DNA of 64,000 bases from Balanoglossus misakiensis (lineage: Eukaryota; Animalia; Hemichordata), in the NCBI GenBank assembly GCA_040954595.2, contig CM082577.2, forward strand, positions 12,123,654-12,187,653, written 5' to 3'. The notes under the pieces were generated by a model. The model made no database searches and was not told where the DNA came from. It saw nothing but the letters and a program-made list of their open reading frames with translations. Below are positions 1-15,041 of this stretch, piece by piece. The position numbers were made by a program, and so were the translations under genes. How positions within the stretch are numbered: the first letter of the stretch is position 1; every line of letters starts with the position of its first letter.

Positions 1-14
1 CCCCCCAAATGCAG

Positions 15-1666
<1,652 letters not shown>

Positions 1667-4600
1667 TTGAAGATCACCCCTGTGTCGTTCGGTAGTGATG
1701 GTGTAACCCACAGGACAGGACATGGCATGGACTAATCCATTTTGCTGTTAGGGGGGAATGGCGTGATCGATGTGTCTCTTTAATGTACATGCATGGTGTA
1801 ATTGTAGACATTTGAACAGTGAGAACACAGTGTATCCACGTTGATGTAACCCTGATACTTTTTTATGTATATAGCATATTTGTCAATTACACTGAATGGT
1901 TTGCAAGTGCTTGTATAACCCTTTGTGAACTGTCTGCAGATATCAGAAAATTCACTTCCAAACATTTCATCAAATGAACTCAAAAATGTGTGTGGTTTGC
2001 CAGAATCCCATTCTGTGCCGACAAAATTGAAGAATGGGTATGGGAAAAGTTATGTGTTTCCTTGCAAGAACCAAGGATGCTTTTGTTTGAAATGACAGTA
2101 AAAATTTCTTCAGTCTCTTAAAGTCCTGTGATATACGCGTAAAATTTAGCATTGAGTCCCTAGGATGCCAGAGAGACAAAAATGAACTCGCTGACGTATT
2201 ATTGAGTAATTGAAGTGTAATAGCTTAAGTGTTAGTGTATGCACATATTGAATCACTGCAGACAGCAATGAATGTTTAGCTGTCCTTAAAGTTAAAATGT
2301 AGGAGCTGTAAACTTCATTTGAACTGTATAATCATGACGTCAAGTGATTTGTTTTATGATCAGATGTGTGTATGTGTGTGTTTACAAAATGTGATATAAG
2401 AATCTAAAGTGACGCCTGTCTACAATGATAATAGATGCTTATAGAAACAGAGGAGTTACATATTCAACCTTGATTTTTTTAAGTGTTTATTAAATTAGAC
2501 AGATATTTATTTGTTCTGTTTTGCCGACTGTACGGGAAAGTCGAGTTTGCTTTTCTGTAAGCATGTGGATGACTCAAGTGAAAAAAAGTCATGTTTTTAT
2601 GCTTTTTAATTTGTTTAATGTGCCAAGTCTTTGATATGTTGTCAATATATATTATATATTTTGGACTACATGTTTTCCCCTTTGTGACAGCAATCTGACT
2701 GCGATACACTGAAAACGACCGATTTGTTGTGATCTGCATTTCATGTTTATAAATCGGTGCAGGTTAATTTATCCATTGTTGAAAACCTGGTAGGGACAGT
2801 TTATTTTTAAACATTTTAGGTAATCCAATTAATTCTTACATTCCAAATAGCAGGATCCTTTTTTTTCATGAGATAAAAAGAGAAATTCAAATTGTCTCAG
2901 AATACATTACACATGTTTGCTATATGTCTGTTAACCCTGGGGGGGGGGGGGGGTTGATGTGATGCACACACAAAAGGTCTATTGTTTATATCTATAGAAA
3001 TTGCATATGTCAGCAAATATGGGCCTTTAGGTGAGCTCTTTCTCTGCAGTTTTGACTTTTCAAGTTGTCAAAAAACCCCACCCTTCAAGAAGTCAACAGA
3101 CAATGTAGATATTGGAAGCGCAGTAAATGATAGATGCTTGTTGGAGTGCAGATTCCTCTTTCTGGTTTCACTTTAATTGCAGTTCATGTGCAGTAGTTGT
3201 ATTTTGATATGCAAATTAGCCACTATGCATCCAAACAGGTGTGGGAAATACCATGAAGCTTTTGTGGAGTAGTTTGATTTCTGAATGTGTAATTCACAAA
3301 TGCCAACAAGTTCTATCCCATAGTCTGAACGCCAATATCAAAATTTGTGCCATCATTTTAGCAGTCAGACTTTGTTCCGAAAAGAAATCTCATGTCATAT
3401 GAAGCCAGATGAAAGTGATCAGCTTGTAGGCCATATCATCTCTGCATACTTCTTGAAATGGGGTATCTGAAACACAAAACACGGGGGTCATATTCACACA
3501 GATGGGTCAAATTGCAGAAATAAGTATATATAATGCCTAATAATGACCAAGACGTGGTCGCATATTGTAATTGTTAGACGCTATAGTATTGCTGGTAATT
3601 ATTTGAAAAAAATAGCAAAAAGACATTGGACTTTACGGACAAGTCCACCTTTGTGTGTAACCCATGGTCAGTCGAGTTTGTGGTTATCTGAGACAATATT
3701 GTATACTACCCATCAGTACTATCATATTTTGACCAAAAGTTTTCAAGCTATACAGTCACAATGTATCTGTCAAAGCACCTCTATCCTCTTCTAACCACCT
3801 TGCAGCCCTCGGTTTTGGTCTAACCTTATTGTTTTCAACAATAGGATCAGACCACTCCACTTGTAATTAGGGTTGGAAGGGTCACTTGTGAATTTTGACT
3901 CTCAGTTCTGCGCTGGATCTTGCCATGCCCAAGAACAAAGCTCAAATACACTTGTGTTGTTTACAGACGTTATCAAAAAGTGCTTCAGTGAATATCGTGA
4001 ACACGTTTATGCCTGGGGCTTGTAGCGCACCCATATGGTCTGCTTCTGCTGACAGAATTGTGACTGTAGAAACTTGAGACTGAAAACTTCTGTTTTTGGT
4101 AGTGAGTATGTTGCACTGTGTATTTCCCCTGTGAATGGTCAACATACAAGTTCTGAGTGTGTAATTTATCTTGCGTAGCTCACAGACAGAAGTACGTTCT
4201 TGCCTAGCATATATATATAGAACATAGAACAGACACTTCTAGATGATTTAAATCTTAACTTGTTGTAAATATGTCACAAACTGTCATTTATAAATATCTA
4301 TTCACTATTTGTAGATTAATTATTATGTAGAAAGTTTTATCTCAGTAAATATCGCTGTACTTGTGCATTGTACATAGAGCCTTGGATTTAGTGGGGTTCG
4401 TTGCATCTTTGTGTTCATGCCTCGTATTTCTTTCGGTGGCAGAGATGAAACATTTTCTGGCATAAAATGAAAGAGAACCATGTATATTGTATGCGTGGTA
4501 GATGGTATTTTTGTGTGTGTGTCTGTCATTGTGCTGTAGCCCCAAGGATTAATACATGGTCACAGAATTTCAATGAAGCAGAGTTTGGTATGCGATCGGC

Positions 4601-5279
4601 TTGTAACATGCACTGTTCAGTTCTGAAGCGCATTGTAGTAAAGATATGGTTTGAGGAAGAGAATAGATTTTGCAAACAGTGTGAAGTGGTTATGTTTACA
4701 AACCTGAAGGGTCACTGAACATTCTAACCTCAAGTAAAGTCCAGTAATGTATTAAATGGTGATGATCCTCTTTGATATGCCCATGTGCCAAACCAGAGAC
4801 TTCGGTTACAAAAATTTCTATACAGTCAATGCCATAAGGCAGTGTGCTGTATTTGAATTCATCGAACGCAAAATTTGCTAACATTTGGATGTTACATGTT
4901 TGTACACATGAACGTAAGCACATACGCATAAGACGGTCGGGTTCAGCCGTAAATTTCTTCAAATTGCAACCTTTCTCTGTGAAAGCTGCCACACACTTTA
5001 GGAAATGACAATTTGTGCAAATGACTATAAATGGTGAATAATATTGCATTTGTTGAAGTTCTGTGATGTCATGACTGATTCCCAAGCTGTGGCACTTCCT
5101 GCATCACAAGACATATCTCACTTTCTGTCGCTGTTACTGGTAAATGTGGGTATTGGTAGCTTATCAAGCTTAGATGTGGTGAATATTTTAGTTGAATTGC
5201 AACTCTGTATTGTACAATGGTTTAGGTTGGCAGTACAGCAGTTCAGAGTACCTGGTTGAAAGGAAAACTCTTTTGCCAC

Positions 5280-5482
5280 AGTGGTGCTGGCACCAATCTG
5301 ATTAAAATCAATATATAGAGTTAGGCGCTTTCTTTAGCTTTGGTGTCAATCGTGTTGACTGTTTTGTTCTCTGTCTTGGCTGTACACGGGTCTCTGTGGG
5401 CCCCCTTCGAACAGAACAGCCAAGAATCAGCGAAGGAAAAGACAGCGCTTGCATCTGATTTTAATCAGATTGTGTTGGCACT
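5280..5482. mobile_element. Small inverted-repeat element (MITE-like) in the putative TMEM184B 3' UTR
   Basis: gtgctggcaccaatctgattaaaatca ... tgattttaatcagattgtgttggcac form imperfect terminal inverted repeats. Confidence 0.5.
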
Positions 5483-5748
5483 ATATGGGATGTTTGCTGT
5501 TATTCTTGGGGATGGAGGTAGTACACATTAACAAGATGCCGCCGTAAGAGTTGCATAGCCCTGTGTATAGGTTTGGTGTTTCAAACTATCATGTATGCAG
5601 TCTAAGTTTTTGTGTGTAGAGAGCCCAGTACCGTGCAATCTTGTGTGTAGTTGCAGTGAGAATGGCAGTTGAATGCTGCAGCCAGCCAGGCATTGTTTGG
5701 ATCTCAGTGTGCCCTCCAAGTCTCATCAACTTCATCATTTCTCAACTG

Positions 5749-5910
5749 TAGTCAAATCTCTGTTAGTGGCCGCGTCTATATAGTGGCCATTTTGTTACAG
5801 TCCCTGTGCGATTCTCATGTGCATTAATTAACCTCTACATAAAGACCACCTGTCTATAAAGGCCAGTTTAGGAAAGTCCCTTGACTGGCCACTATAGACA
5901 GGTTCGACTG
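5749..5910. mobile_element. Tc1/pogo-like MITE (TA target, ...ACTG terminus)
   Basis: agtcaaatctctgttagtggcc ... ggccactatagacaggttcgactg|ta; similar element type at 51190-51350. Confidence 0.55.
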
Positions 5911-6355
5911 TATTCACTGCATCATCCTATATTTGCTGCGTTACATCATTCCGTTTGGGGATTGTTGGATCGACACAATTCAGGCCGGACCTGTGTTAAA
6001 CATTGAAGGGGGAAGATTCATAGCATACTGGGATGGCGACTTTTCATAAAATGAAAAAAACACTTCAGATCCACACACTTCCCTTACTGTGGCATTCTGG
6101 GTGAAACACGCATGTCATGGACATTATTTCTTATTGACCATTGTTTCAGTGTGTTTGAAACTTCATGAAGTAACTCCATTTTTCTTTTGACCAAGGCTAT
6201 GGTGCACCAGTGTTTTAGCAACCACAGTGTTGCCTTCCACATGACAGTAGTGTGTACAGATGTGCGAGAGAGTATTCAGTCTTGCAGAAGAACCTGTTCT
6301 TCACAGCGCAATCTACTCATTAACAATTATATCGAAAAGCACAGTCAATTATATA

Positions 6356-6542
6356 CTGTAAAACGGTTTATTTTTGTAAGCAATAAATTTTTGCAAAATT
6401 CGTGAAAATAAAGTCACGTAAAAATGTTTTTCGGAGATAACAATGCAATGAAATACGAGAAAACGAAAATTAATCCTCGCGTAACAGTTGCCACTTTTGA
6501 CATCGCAACAATTTTCTGTCGCGAAAATAACCCGTTTTACAG
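6356..6542. mobile_element. TA-flanked Tc1/mariner-type MITE
   Basis: ta|ctgtaaaacggtttattttt ... aaaataacccgttttacag|ta TIRs. Decayed relatives lie near 7100-7220 and 24180-24270. Confidence 0.65.
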
Positions 6543-9500
6543 TAGTTTCTTGTAAGCTTGAGTTTTTATATACACCTGAGAAAACAACAAACTTAAGACA
6601 GAGTTTCTGCCACATAATCTCTGTGCAATCACCATGATTAGAGGGTACACTGCAGCTGTGTTTAATTTGTCAGAAGATTAAAAATATTAAAATCTCCTTT
6701 GTACAGATGTGACGTGTTAAGAGAATTAAGTTGTAAAATATCAATGATTTTATTTGATGTATTTACATATCTGATGTATACTCCATGTTGTAGGGCCAGC
6801 TAATAAAAAAGTGATGCAATCAAAACTTTTGTTGTTGTTGTGTTTTACTTGTTGCCATAGCAACATGGTTAGAAACCCCTACTAACAAGGCCTGAAGGGG
6901 CAGTTGTTTACATATTACGTATAATCAACTAATATGTTGAATACTGGGAGTGCGGTGATTTTACCCTCAACCCAATAATCTCCCCAGTCTTTGAGGCTTT
7001 TATTTGGCAAAGTTGATTCTTCCAGAGGAAAAAAGAGGCCTGCTGTTACATCATACAGGTATGATCATGAATGTAAGAATGTACAATGCTCTAAATGTCA
7101 AATTTGTCATTTCCTTCAGGATTAATTTGTATTTAGGAAATTTTGCAGACAGCTCAGCAAAAATTTATACATGTACCCAAATTTTTATCACAACAAAGAT
7201 TCTAAAAATTACTCCACAATGAGAAGAAACAAGATCACTGCATGTCAACTCGACAACTGTACATCTCAGACAGGCTGAAGTACACTGTGCAGCATGCAGA
7301 CTCCACTGTTTTCATCAAGACGAAACAACCCTGGAGATTATTCTTCATGTTCACATGAGCTTCAACACGATTGTTGAGTGCGTGTCAGTTCTTTATATAA
7401 ATGACAAAATGAAAAAATGCCTTTGTAGTAGATTAAACAGAAACATGTGATATGCTATACCCAAGTATCGCAGCCCCGAAATGCTGTATGCTTGTTCGCC
7501 ATCACCAGTTTGGCTATAAGCAGGTATAGTCACATGAACAAGCTTGGCTTGGCTGAATGTTAAGGGCACACACACACTCAGTAGAGGGAATAAGTTTCAA
7601 GTGGGGCTGTGAGAGAGTCCAGGTCCACCCTAAATATAAACCCTACTGAAATATACATCAAATATTCCAGGTATCCCCAATTGTTAAAGAAACATGCAGC
7701 AGTATCTGGGGCTCTTTGTAAAAAAGTCCAAGTTGTGTGTTTGCTAATCCAATGAGGAGAGTCTTGCACAAGAACGAACAGAGCAAACCTAATAGGTCTA
7801 CTCACTTCAGATATTTTCATATACTGGGGCAGCATGTCTCCTGCAATGGTCTGTTCAGCGGCCTCCAAGGAAATTTCTGGGGGAGGGGAGGGGGGGGGGG
7901 TGGACGTAGTACCTCACATTACACTTATGGCCCTGGCCATGGTATTCAGTGAAGACAACAGTCAAATATCCATGCTCTGTATTTCACTATTCGCTGGCAA
8001 ACACACACTCCCAAATACACAGTACTTCACAACACTATTGTCAATTAGGCTTTCGGCAAACAGTTCAGATTTATTCATTATTCACAGAATTGGCATAAAG
8101 TTATTTACAATATCTTTGTTAAAATTGGACAGCATTACAGACAGACATTTTCTATAAAAATCCGCAAAATGACTCAACAAACTCACTGATGACTCAAGAA
8201 AATTTTCCATACTACATGCATTTTTAGAAATTCTCAAATCAGGCAAATTGACTCAAAGCTTTTAAAATTATGTTTGTTAGAGGGCACACTGTACATCATT
8301 GTACAGTACTGTCATTCAACAGAGTTTGAATGGAATCAGTTGAAACAATCATAACAAAAGGGTTGCCTGGATGCAAATTTAATTCCCAATGACATCATCC
8401 TCATGGACTAAAAACTTGGCTACTTGAAGTAAAACTGAACATCACATAGGAACTGTTGTACAGTAGAAGGAAAAAGAAGGAAAGAATTGGAAATGGTGTG
8501 TCCATGCTTTACGCCGTTAAATAAAACAATGTTTTTAAGTATTTCCTGACCTGTAAATTTCAAATGAGATGAAAACCAAGCCTTGCTATAATTCACGATA
8601 AAGCAGTGATATGTCCACTGTATTCAAGTGTACCTCGCTTGTCATACTGATTTCAAATATGTTACATTTTGCAAATGTAATAATTATTTGTGGCAAATGC
8701 CAATACATATACACAAAATACATTTTTGTACATGGTGGTCACTGGAATAAATTATTAGACTAAGTATATTACACACCCAGACCCTGCATAAGAAATAATC
8801 CATTTAGCATTTATGCATACATGTAAACTTGCAAATTTTCCATTCTACAGAAGTGTTTTTGAAATTATGGATTTCAATTGAATTTTGATAAACTACTACA
8901 TGTACATGTATGGTCCCACGGGAAAAATTCTGTTGTAAACCTAATGTAATCAGCTTTCAGTTTTCAGTGGAATTTGACGTACATCAACTTACTACAGAAT
9001 TTCTGTAGTTTGATGTATATCAGAATTGTCATCAGACACCTCATACATTGTGCCTGGAAAAAAAAGACTGTTTTTGGTGACTATGCTGTATGCACCATGT
9101 AAAATTCCTAAGAGAGTCCACATATCTGTCTGGAAGAAGTCAGACTACACAAATGTTCCCCATTAAAATATTTTACAACACCAATCCATCACACACTTAA
9201 AGGATTTCATTTTTTTAAACTGTCCGGTATACTGAAAGGATTCATTGACTCCATTCCGTACTTACTTTAAAGCAATATCCAGAGAAATACAAATTTGTAG
9301 AAATGACAATTTAAGTGTTAAAAGCATGATCCTGCTTTTACATTGATTAAATTTCTACTTATTTTGAGAACATTACATGGAAACACTTTTGGCTGTCTGT
9401 ATCAATATACTGCACAGTCTCCCTGTTCAAGTACATGTACCTCTGCGTGAGCATTGTGAATTGCTATTGGATGGAGAGGAGAACTACATACAATTGGACA

Positions 9501-9775
9501 TGTATATTAAACCCGTTTATGATAAGTCACCAATACCGATAAATTAAAAGACAGTCTAAGAAAAAGCAACTTGTAGACTTGTAGTATATCTTGGATACAT
9601 AGTTTCATATCAATTGTTTCAATAGACAAAAATTTAGTGGACTGTGCTGACACAGCAAATGTTACTAATGCATTACTTTGACTTCTCAACACAGAGTACA
9701 AGAACTACCACCTGGAAAATACTTCAGAGAGTTTCTCATTGCCTCCTGTCTGTCCCTTTGTGCTGCCAGAGTCAA

Positions 9776-12175
9776 CTACTGCATTCCTTCCAGCAGACTA
9801 TTCTCCAGTTGTTTCAAGCCGGAATACTGGTCACATCGCACTTTCTGGAGTGGTTTGAGCACTTTGGCAATCTTGTGCTTTTCGTCGTATTCCTCAATGA
9901 CCAACGGAATGACACAGACTTCTTCCCCATGTGCGTGATGCACGGCGTACTCACAATATTTATCTTTCAAAAAATTCGGTGAGAGTATGGGTATAACATG
10001 AAGACTGTTTTCAACTGCAGAAGTGATGTTGTCAAGGACTTGTACACCGGCGGTGAAATCTCTTTGTTGTATACATCCCTTCATTTGCAGATCTTGTTCC
10101 AGTTTTGGAAGCAGAACGTAGTACACCCAGTCTTCGTCTTCCTTGCAGTGCACGGCGTAGAAATCATATTCTTTGCTCTTCTGATTCCTGGCTTTATCCA
10201 AACCCAGCGGAATATCCTTGTGAATGGCCTCCTCCACAACGCTTTGAGCGCGGCCGAAAACGACGCCCAGATTCGCGCGTTTGAAGCATTCCAGATGATC
10301 CTGCGAGTTGATGTCGCAGTCCGGTGACTTGATGCTGTATGTATCTGTTTCGGGGTATCGTACAACTGACAGCACTAGTTCCTCGCTGCAAAGTGGCGCG
10401 GCTTCCGTCTGCACCGAGTCCGTTCCGGGATTTAAATCATTGCAACTTTCCGGCTGTGGACCAACATCAGGTGTGGCATCCTCACTGCTCTGTGTCGTCT
10501 GCTGCTCTTTGATCTGCACCTGTGTTTTGTGCAGGAGCTGTTTGGCCTCACTCTTGATCTCCTCAACGCCGTACTTCTTGAGGGCGCTGAAACATCTCCT
10601 GGCGTATCTCAGTTGCCGTTTCCCCAGGAGATATTTGCCAAGTTGAAGAAGTTCCCCGGCGTGTCTTTCTTTGAACGTGTCGATGTTTACGCACGTGTAG
10701 CGGTCGATGCCCTTTTTGAACCAGTAGGCCGTCTCTGCCAGGATAGAACTGACCTGCTCCGTCTTTGAATTTCGCAACTCGTCGAATAACGCCTCTATCA
10801 GGTGCGTGAAGTTCTTCACATACCTTGAATTGTCGCTGGCACATTCGAACGCCCGTTTGAAGTGTTCAATGGCCTCGCGGCGCTGTCCGTTGTCAAGGAG
10901 ACACAGTGCCCTTCGTTGGTGTAGATCGGGTCTTATATTTCCATCTTGGACATTTTCAGCCTGGGCAAAGTACTTGAGCGCCTTCTTCATTTCTCGTTTG
11001 TTGATCTTGTTCTTATCAAAGGTCGCTAGTAGGTGATACAGCTCGGCCTTGTGAGCAATTTCTAGCGCAGATTTGTTCATTTTGGTGCATTTTTCAGAGT
11101 CGTCAATGGCTTGCCTCAGTAACAACTCGCAGTTCTCATCACATCTGTGATCGGCTCTCTTGGTTCTGTGTTCGCGGTATCTCACTCGCTTGATCTTGGA
11201 CCTGCAGCTGTATGCGTACCAGTTTCTGGGGTTGTCCGGGTCGGCCTCGATCACCTCGTCCAGCATCTGCATGCCCTCGTCTCTCTTTCCCAGTTTGTGA
11301 CAGTGCCAGCCGTACTGCGCCTTGATCTTGAGGGACTGGTTGTATTCCAGGGCCTTCTTGAAACACTCCAGTGGTTTCTCGTGGTAGAAACACTTGAGCT
11401 GCTCGCAAGAGCCGATGAAAAACGGATATTTCCGATATTTGGGTAATTTTGGTTTCCGGCAAAACAGCAACCCCAGAGAGCACCACACGTCGCCGTGAAG
11501 CTCTGTTTCACGACTCTGCAGAGCCTGGTAGAAGTACTTCGCTGCCAGATCATACTGCACAATCCTATCTTCAACCGGTTCCTCGGTGTCGGTCATGATA
11601 TTGTAAATTCTTCTGAGGTTTTCCCCCATGACAAAATACCACGCAGACTTTCCCTCGGAGATGCCGTCACCATGGCAACCGCCCAACTCAATGGCGTGTT
11701 CGTACAGCTGGTTGGAATCACGATACCTTTCGTATGATCTGGTACAGGTGTGCACGTCGTGTGCGATTGCGTATGCTCTCTCGGCTAGACAGTTTGCTTT
11801 TAGATGTTCGTCGTCGCATATGCTTTCAAGCTTGTCTTTGTATTCACGTGCATCGGTGGTACACGCCTTCCGGTTGATAACCAGCAAATCTGCCAGTGCG
11901 TTTATATTGTTCGGTTCTAGCTCGAGTACCTTCTCCAAATAATCTTCCGATTCGTCACTGGTTTCGTCGAGTCTGTAAGAACATGTAGCCAACTCCAAAA
12001 GAAGTGATATTTCCTGGTGTTTTGTCGGGCACCCATCATCATACAACCGCTTCAGAATGTCGTATCTCTCACCTAACTGTCCGGTTGCCTTTGCATGGAC
12101 TCCATTCACTGCCAACTTCTCGAAGTTCAGCAACCCAAAGTCCGCTAATTCAGTACTTTCACGACCGTCCGCCAT
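9776..12175 (-). CDS. Intronless TTC22-family TPR protein with C-terminal TIR domain (799 aa)
   Basis: Single 2.4 kb ORF. The N-terminal ~560 aa carry TTC22 hallmark motifs (NINALADL, ANCLAERAYAIAHDV, AWYFVMG, VWCSLGLLF, PLECFKKALE, NWYAYSCRSKI). The C-terminal ~130 aa (9779-10170) read YDFYAVHCKEDEDWV...GCIQQRDFTAG...LDNITSAVENSLHVIPILSPNFL..YC, a TLR/MyD88-like TIR fold. Confidence 0.88.
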   Translation of the reverse strand: MADGRESTELADFGLLNFEKLAVNGVHAKATGQLGERYDILKRLYDDGCPTKHQEISLLLELATCSYRLDETSDESEDYLEKVLELEPNNINALADLLVINRKACTTDAREYKDKLESICDDEHLKANCLAERAYAIAHDVHTCTRSYERYRDSNQLYEHAIELGGCHGDGISEGKSAWYFVMGENLRRIYNIMTDTEEPVEDRIVQYDLAAKYFYQALQSRETELHGDVWCSLGLLFCRKPKLPKYRKYPFFIGSCEQLKCFYHEKPLECFKKALEYNQSLKIKAQYGWHCHKLGKRDEGMQMLDEVIEADPDNPRNWYAYSCRSKIKRVRYREHRTKRADHRCDENCELLLRQAIDDSEKCTKMNKSALEIAHKAELYHLLATFDKNKINKREMKKALKYFAQAENVQDGNIRPDLHQRRALCLLDNGQRREAIEHFKRAFECASDNSRYVKNFTHLIEALFDELRNSKTEQVSSILAETAYWFKKGIDRYTCVNIDTFKERHAGELLQLGKYLLGKRQLRYARRCFSALKKYGVEEIKSEAKQLLHKTQVQIKEQQTTQSSEDATPDVGPQPESCNDLNPGTDSVQTEAAPLCSEELVLSVVRYPETDTYSIKSPDCDINSQDHLECFKRANLGVVFGRAQSVVEEAIHKDIPLGLDKARNQKSKEYDFYAVHCKEDEDWVYYVLLPKLEQDLQMKGCIQQRDFTAGVQVLDNITSAVENSLHVIPILSPNFLKDKYCEYAVHHAHGEEVCVIPLVIEEYDEKHKIAKVLKPLQKVRCDQYSGLKQLENSLLEGMQ

Positions 12176-12280
12176 CTGTCCTTGCTGATTTTTGCCACCT
12201 GCTTACTCACACATCTTCGTTCTTCGATGGAATACAAACGCCCCACTATTAAAACATATCACAGATCGTCAGCTCCGACT

Positions 12281-12359
12281 GGGAATTGCCATTTTGTAAT
12301 TGTCAAGGTTGACCTTTGACACACGTGAGTCATACGCCCTCTCGAGATCAGAAAAGTGA
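12281..12359. promoter_or_regulatory. Cluster of immune-type motifs 100-185 bp upstream of the TPR-TIR ATG
   Basis: GGGAATTGCC (kappaB-like, 12281-12290), CACGTG overlapping TGAGTCA (E-box/AP-1, ~12322-12332) and AGAAAAGTGA (IRF-like, 12350-12359). Short motifs; function unproven. Confidence 0.35.
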
Positions 12360-15041
12360 TTTCAGGTAGAACCATTTAATTTCAGGGGGTGGAATATTTG
12401 TAAATGTCAGCAAAAATATGTCAGCTACTGTTAATACAGCGATTTTTTTTTCGATAGCCAGTCCACCTTTTTCCTCAAGACATTGCAGAAGCAATTTAAT
12501 TTCCTCCGCACTATATGCCAACAAATGTTTTTACCCATAAAAACCCTCTATCCACCCACCCAGAAATCAAACGGTTCACCCCTTAAACGAAGTCTATACA
12601 ATAACTGCTGCATGCTGACGCCACCAGCAAACAGTCATTAATCATTGTCAGGGCATACCTTTTCATATATGACAAGCCAGCAAGGAGAAAAATATCAGGA
12701 TCAGATGCAGTCTTTTTATAACCTGCTTTATACATGTACACATAATAATAACATTAGCAAGATATTAAAGGCTGGCTCTCTGAATCTGGACTAATATGTT
12801 TTCAACATATTTTCACTTTTGACCACCTGTCTTGAGGGTTTCATTTTACATAAGACATTGAAATAAATATTTTCTGTCAGAACATTCTTATTTTTTGCTC
12901 AATTAAAAAAAAATACCCAACCTCAAATGACTGAATCAAAATTCCATGGAGTTTCCTTGTACACATTTGAAATTGTAAGGTGACTCATATTTTGGTCAGT
13001 TTATTTTTAATAGGTCACCTGCACTAGGGTCATACTAAGGTCATCTATGACATCATCAATGTACTCATATTGTACGTTACAAACAGTGATCACATTACTG
13101 TGCCTGCTGAAGCTAATTTTGTCTGTTTTCCAAGAGTTTAAAATAAAACCACTAAAATCTATCTTCACCGATACTTTGTCAAATCAAAATCTGAAGGTTA
13201 CTTGGATAATTATGAAGCCAGATAATTATACAGAAGTTTATACATGTACCAGGGCAGCATTTTGCAAACAAATCACACACAGATTCATCACATACAAAAT
13301 CACATGTATCATTTCTTATCATTTATTTTTTTCTGGAAAATATAATTTATTTGTCTACATCACAAAAGTTTGATTAATAGCATTATGAAAGTGTATGAAA
13401 TTGAAAATATTGTGATAAAGACATTATGTTAAAGGTGATTCCAATTTTATAGCACCATCCTGAGCTTATTCGCCATAACTGAACAGTGAATACAACTATT
13501 TTCTGATGAGATTCCTTGCTGCCACAAATCACTGGCAGTATACACGTACAAAAGATAACTCCACTCTCTACAAATTAAAGTTCACTCACATTTAGCACGT
13601 AACTACAAGGTGTGAATTTTACAATCTCTGTAAATCAAAGCTTCCATTGACAACCTGAAAATTGCCCTCTAAACAGAGATGACACTCCCGCGGTCATTCT
13701 CTCTTTCACTGAGAGACAGAATGTCATCAAAGTTTGAGCTGTGTGCTTCATAGAAAATTGCTACTGTAGTTCTTTTCTATCTTCTGAGAAAATATAATAT
13801 TCATAAATCACAATACAATTACATATACTTGCAATCTGGAGTTGCTAAATATATCTTCTGATTTTTTCTAATGTATAGATTTTTAAAATACTTTCACTTT
13901 TCACATACGCTTTCCAGGAGACAATTAAGTATTTGGACCATACTTCCGATAAGTTACAAAGTTTTTGGACATGTGAAGTGATGAATATTAATCTATAGAT
14001 CACACACACACACTTTTTTATACATTTTTCTTGTTAATACAACAAAAAATGTAGATCTGACTTGAGTACATCTTTCATAACATTTAAATTGCACATCAAC
14101 AAAATTGAAAAAAAAAATGAAGGGCAACAAGTTGTTATTTTGGTTTCATGTCAACTGATGAAATTCTCTCATGTGAAGTTGAATATTGAAATATATGTCA
14201 TATTTTTAAAAAAAATGAAAAGCACAAAATTCTCCATGGAAAGTTACACTACCCTGGATCCTTTGAATATATGCTTCTTTCTAAGCCCAATTATTACTTT
14301 TGGCTATTTTTCAGTGTTTTTCTCAAATGTGTCAACTCGGTTTCTTGTTCTGTTCTGATTCGTTTTGTGATGTCCAAATGCTGAGTTTTTCAGCTCAAGT
14401 TGTACACAAAGCCTGTATGTGAGTAGGGGCCATTGTTATTGTTGACCAATGAATTCAAATTTGAATTTAATTTTCAACAACAACCATGCTGATTTCTATA
14501 CAAAACGTCTGTGTTGAAAAATTGTACGTTTTACAGAGTAGAACACGAAACCATATATAAAACCCTCAACAAAAATACTGTGAAAATAGTCCAAAGTTGG
14601 GGTTCATGGAGCTTAAATCGGAAAAAAAAACTTCCTTTAAAATATAATTTAAAATTAACGTAGCAAATTTTGTGTATGTACAATGTAACATACATGCATG
14701 AAACAATCTATCATACAAACTCTTGAAACTGTAATCTTCCCTTGCATATCCATAAATACCAAGTCAGGGCCGAAAAAAAAAATTTCTCTTTAAAATATTG
14801 CATCTTATTTTGTTTCAATGAGTAATTTAAAATATCCGTTGTAATATTGATATTTTAGCATTTGAGTGGCAGCTGACATTCTTGAAGGTGGAATACCATT
14901 AACAGCTGTGATGTGTACTATGGGCTGGGGTTGGGGTTGAGTTGCCTATTGAAACCCATCCAGCAATCAATGTAGGCATTGAAATGACAGAACTGAGTTA
15001 GTACTACTGTCAGCCAACATCTCTCGTTCATTGTAAAGGAC

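Noticed and set aside
9998-11942. Overlapping ORFs within or antisense to the TPR-TIR gene
   Set aside because: Expected shadow ORFs of a GC-richer coding region; no motifs.
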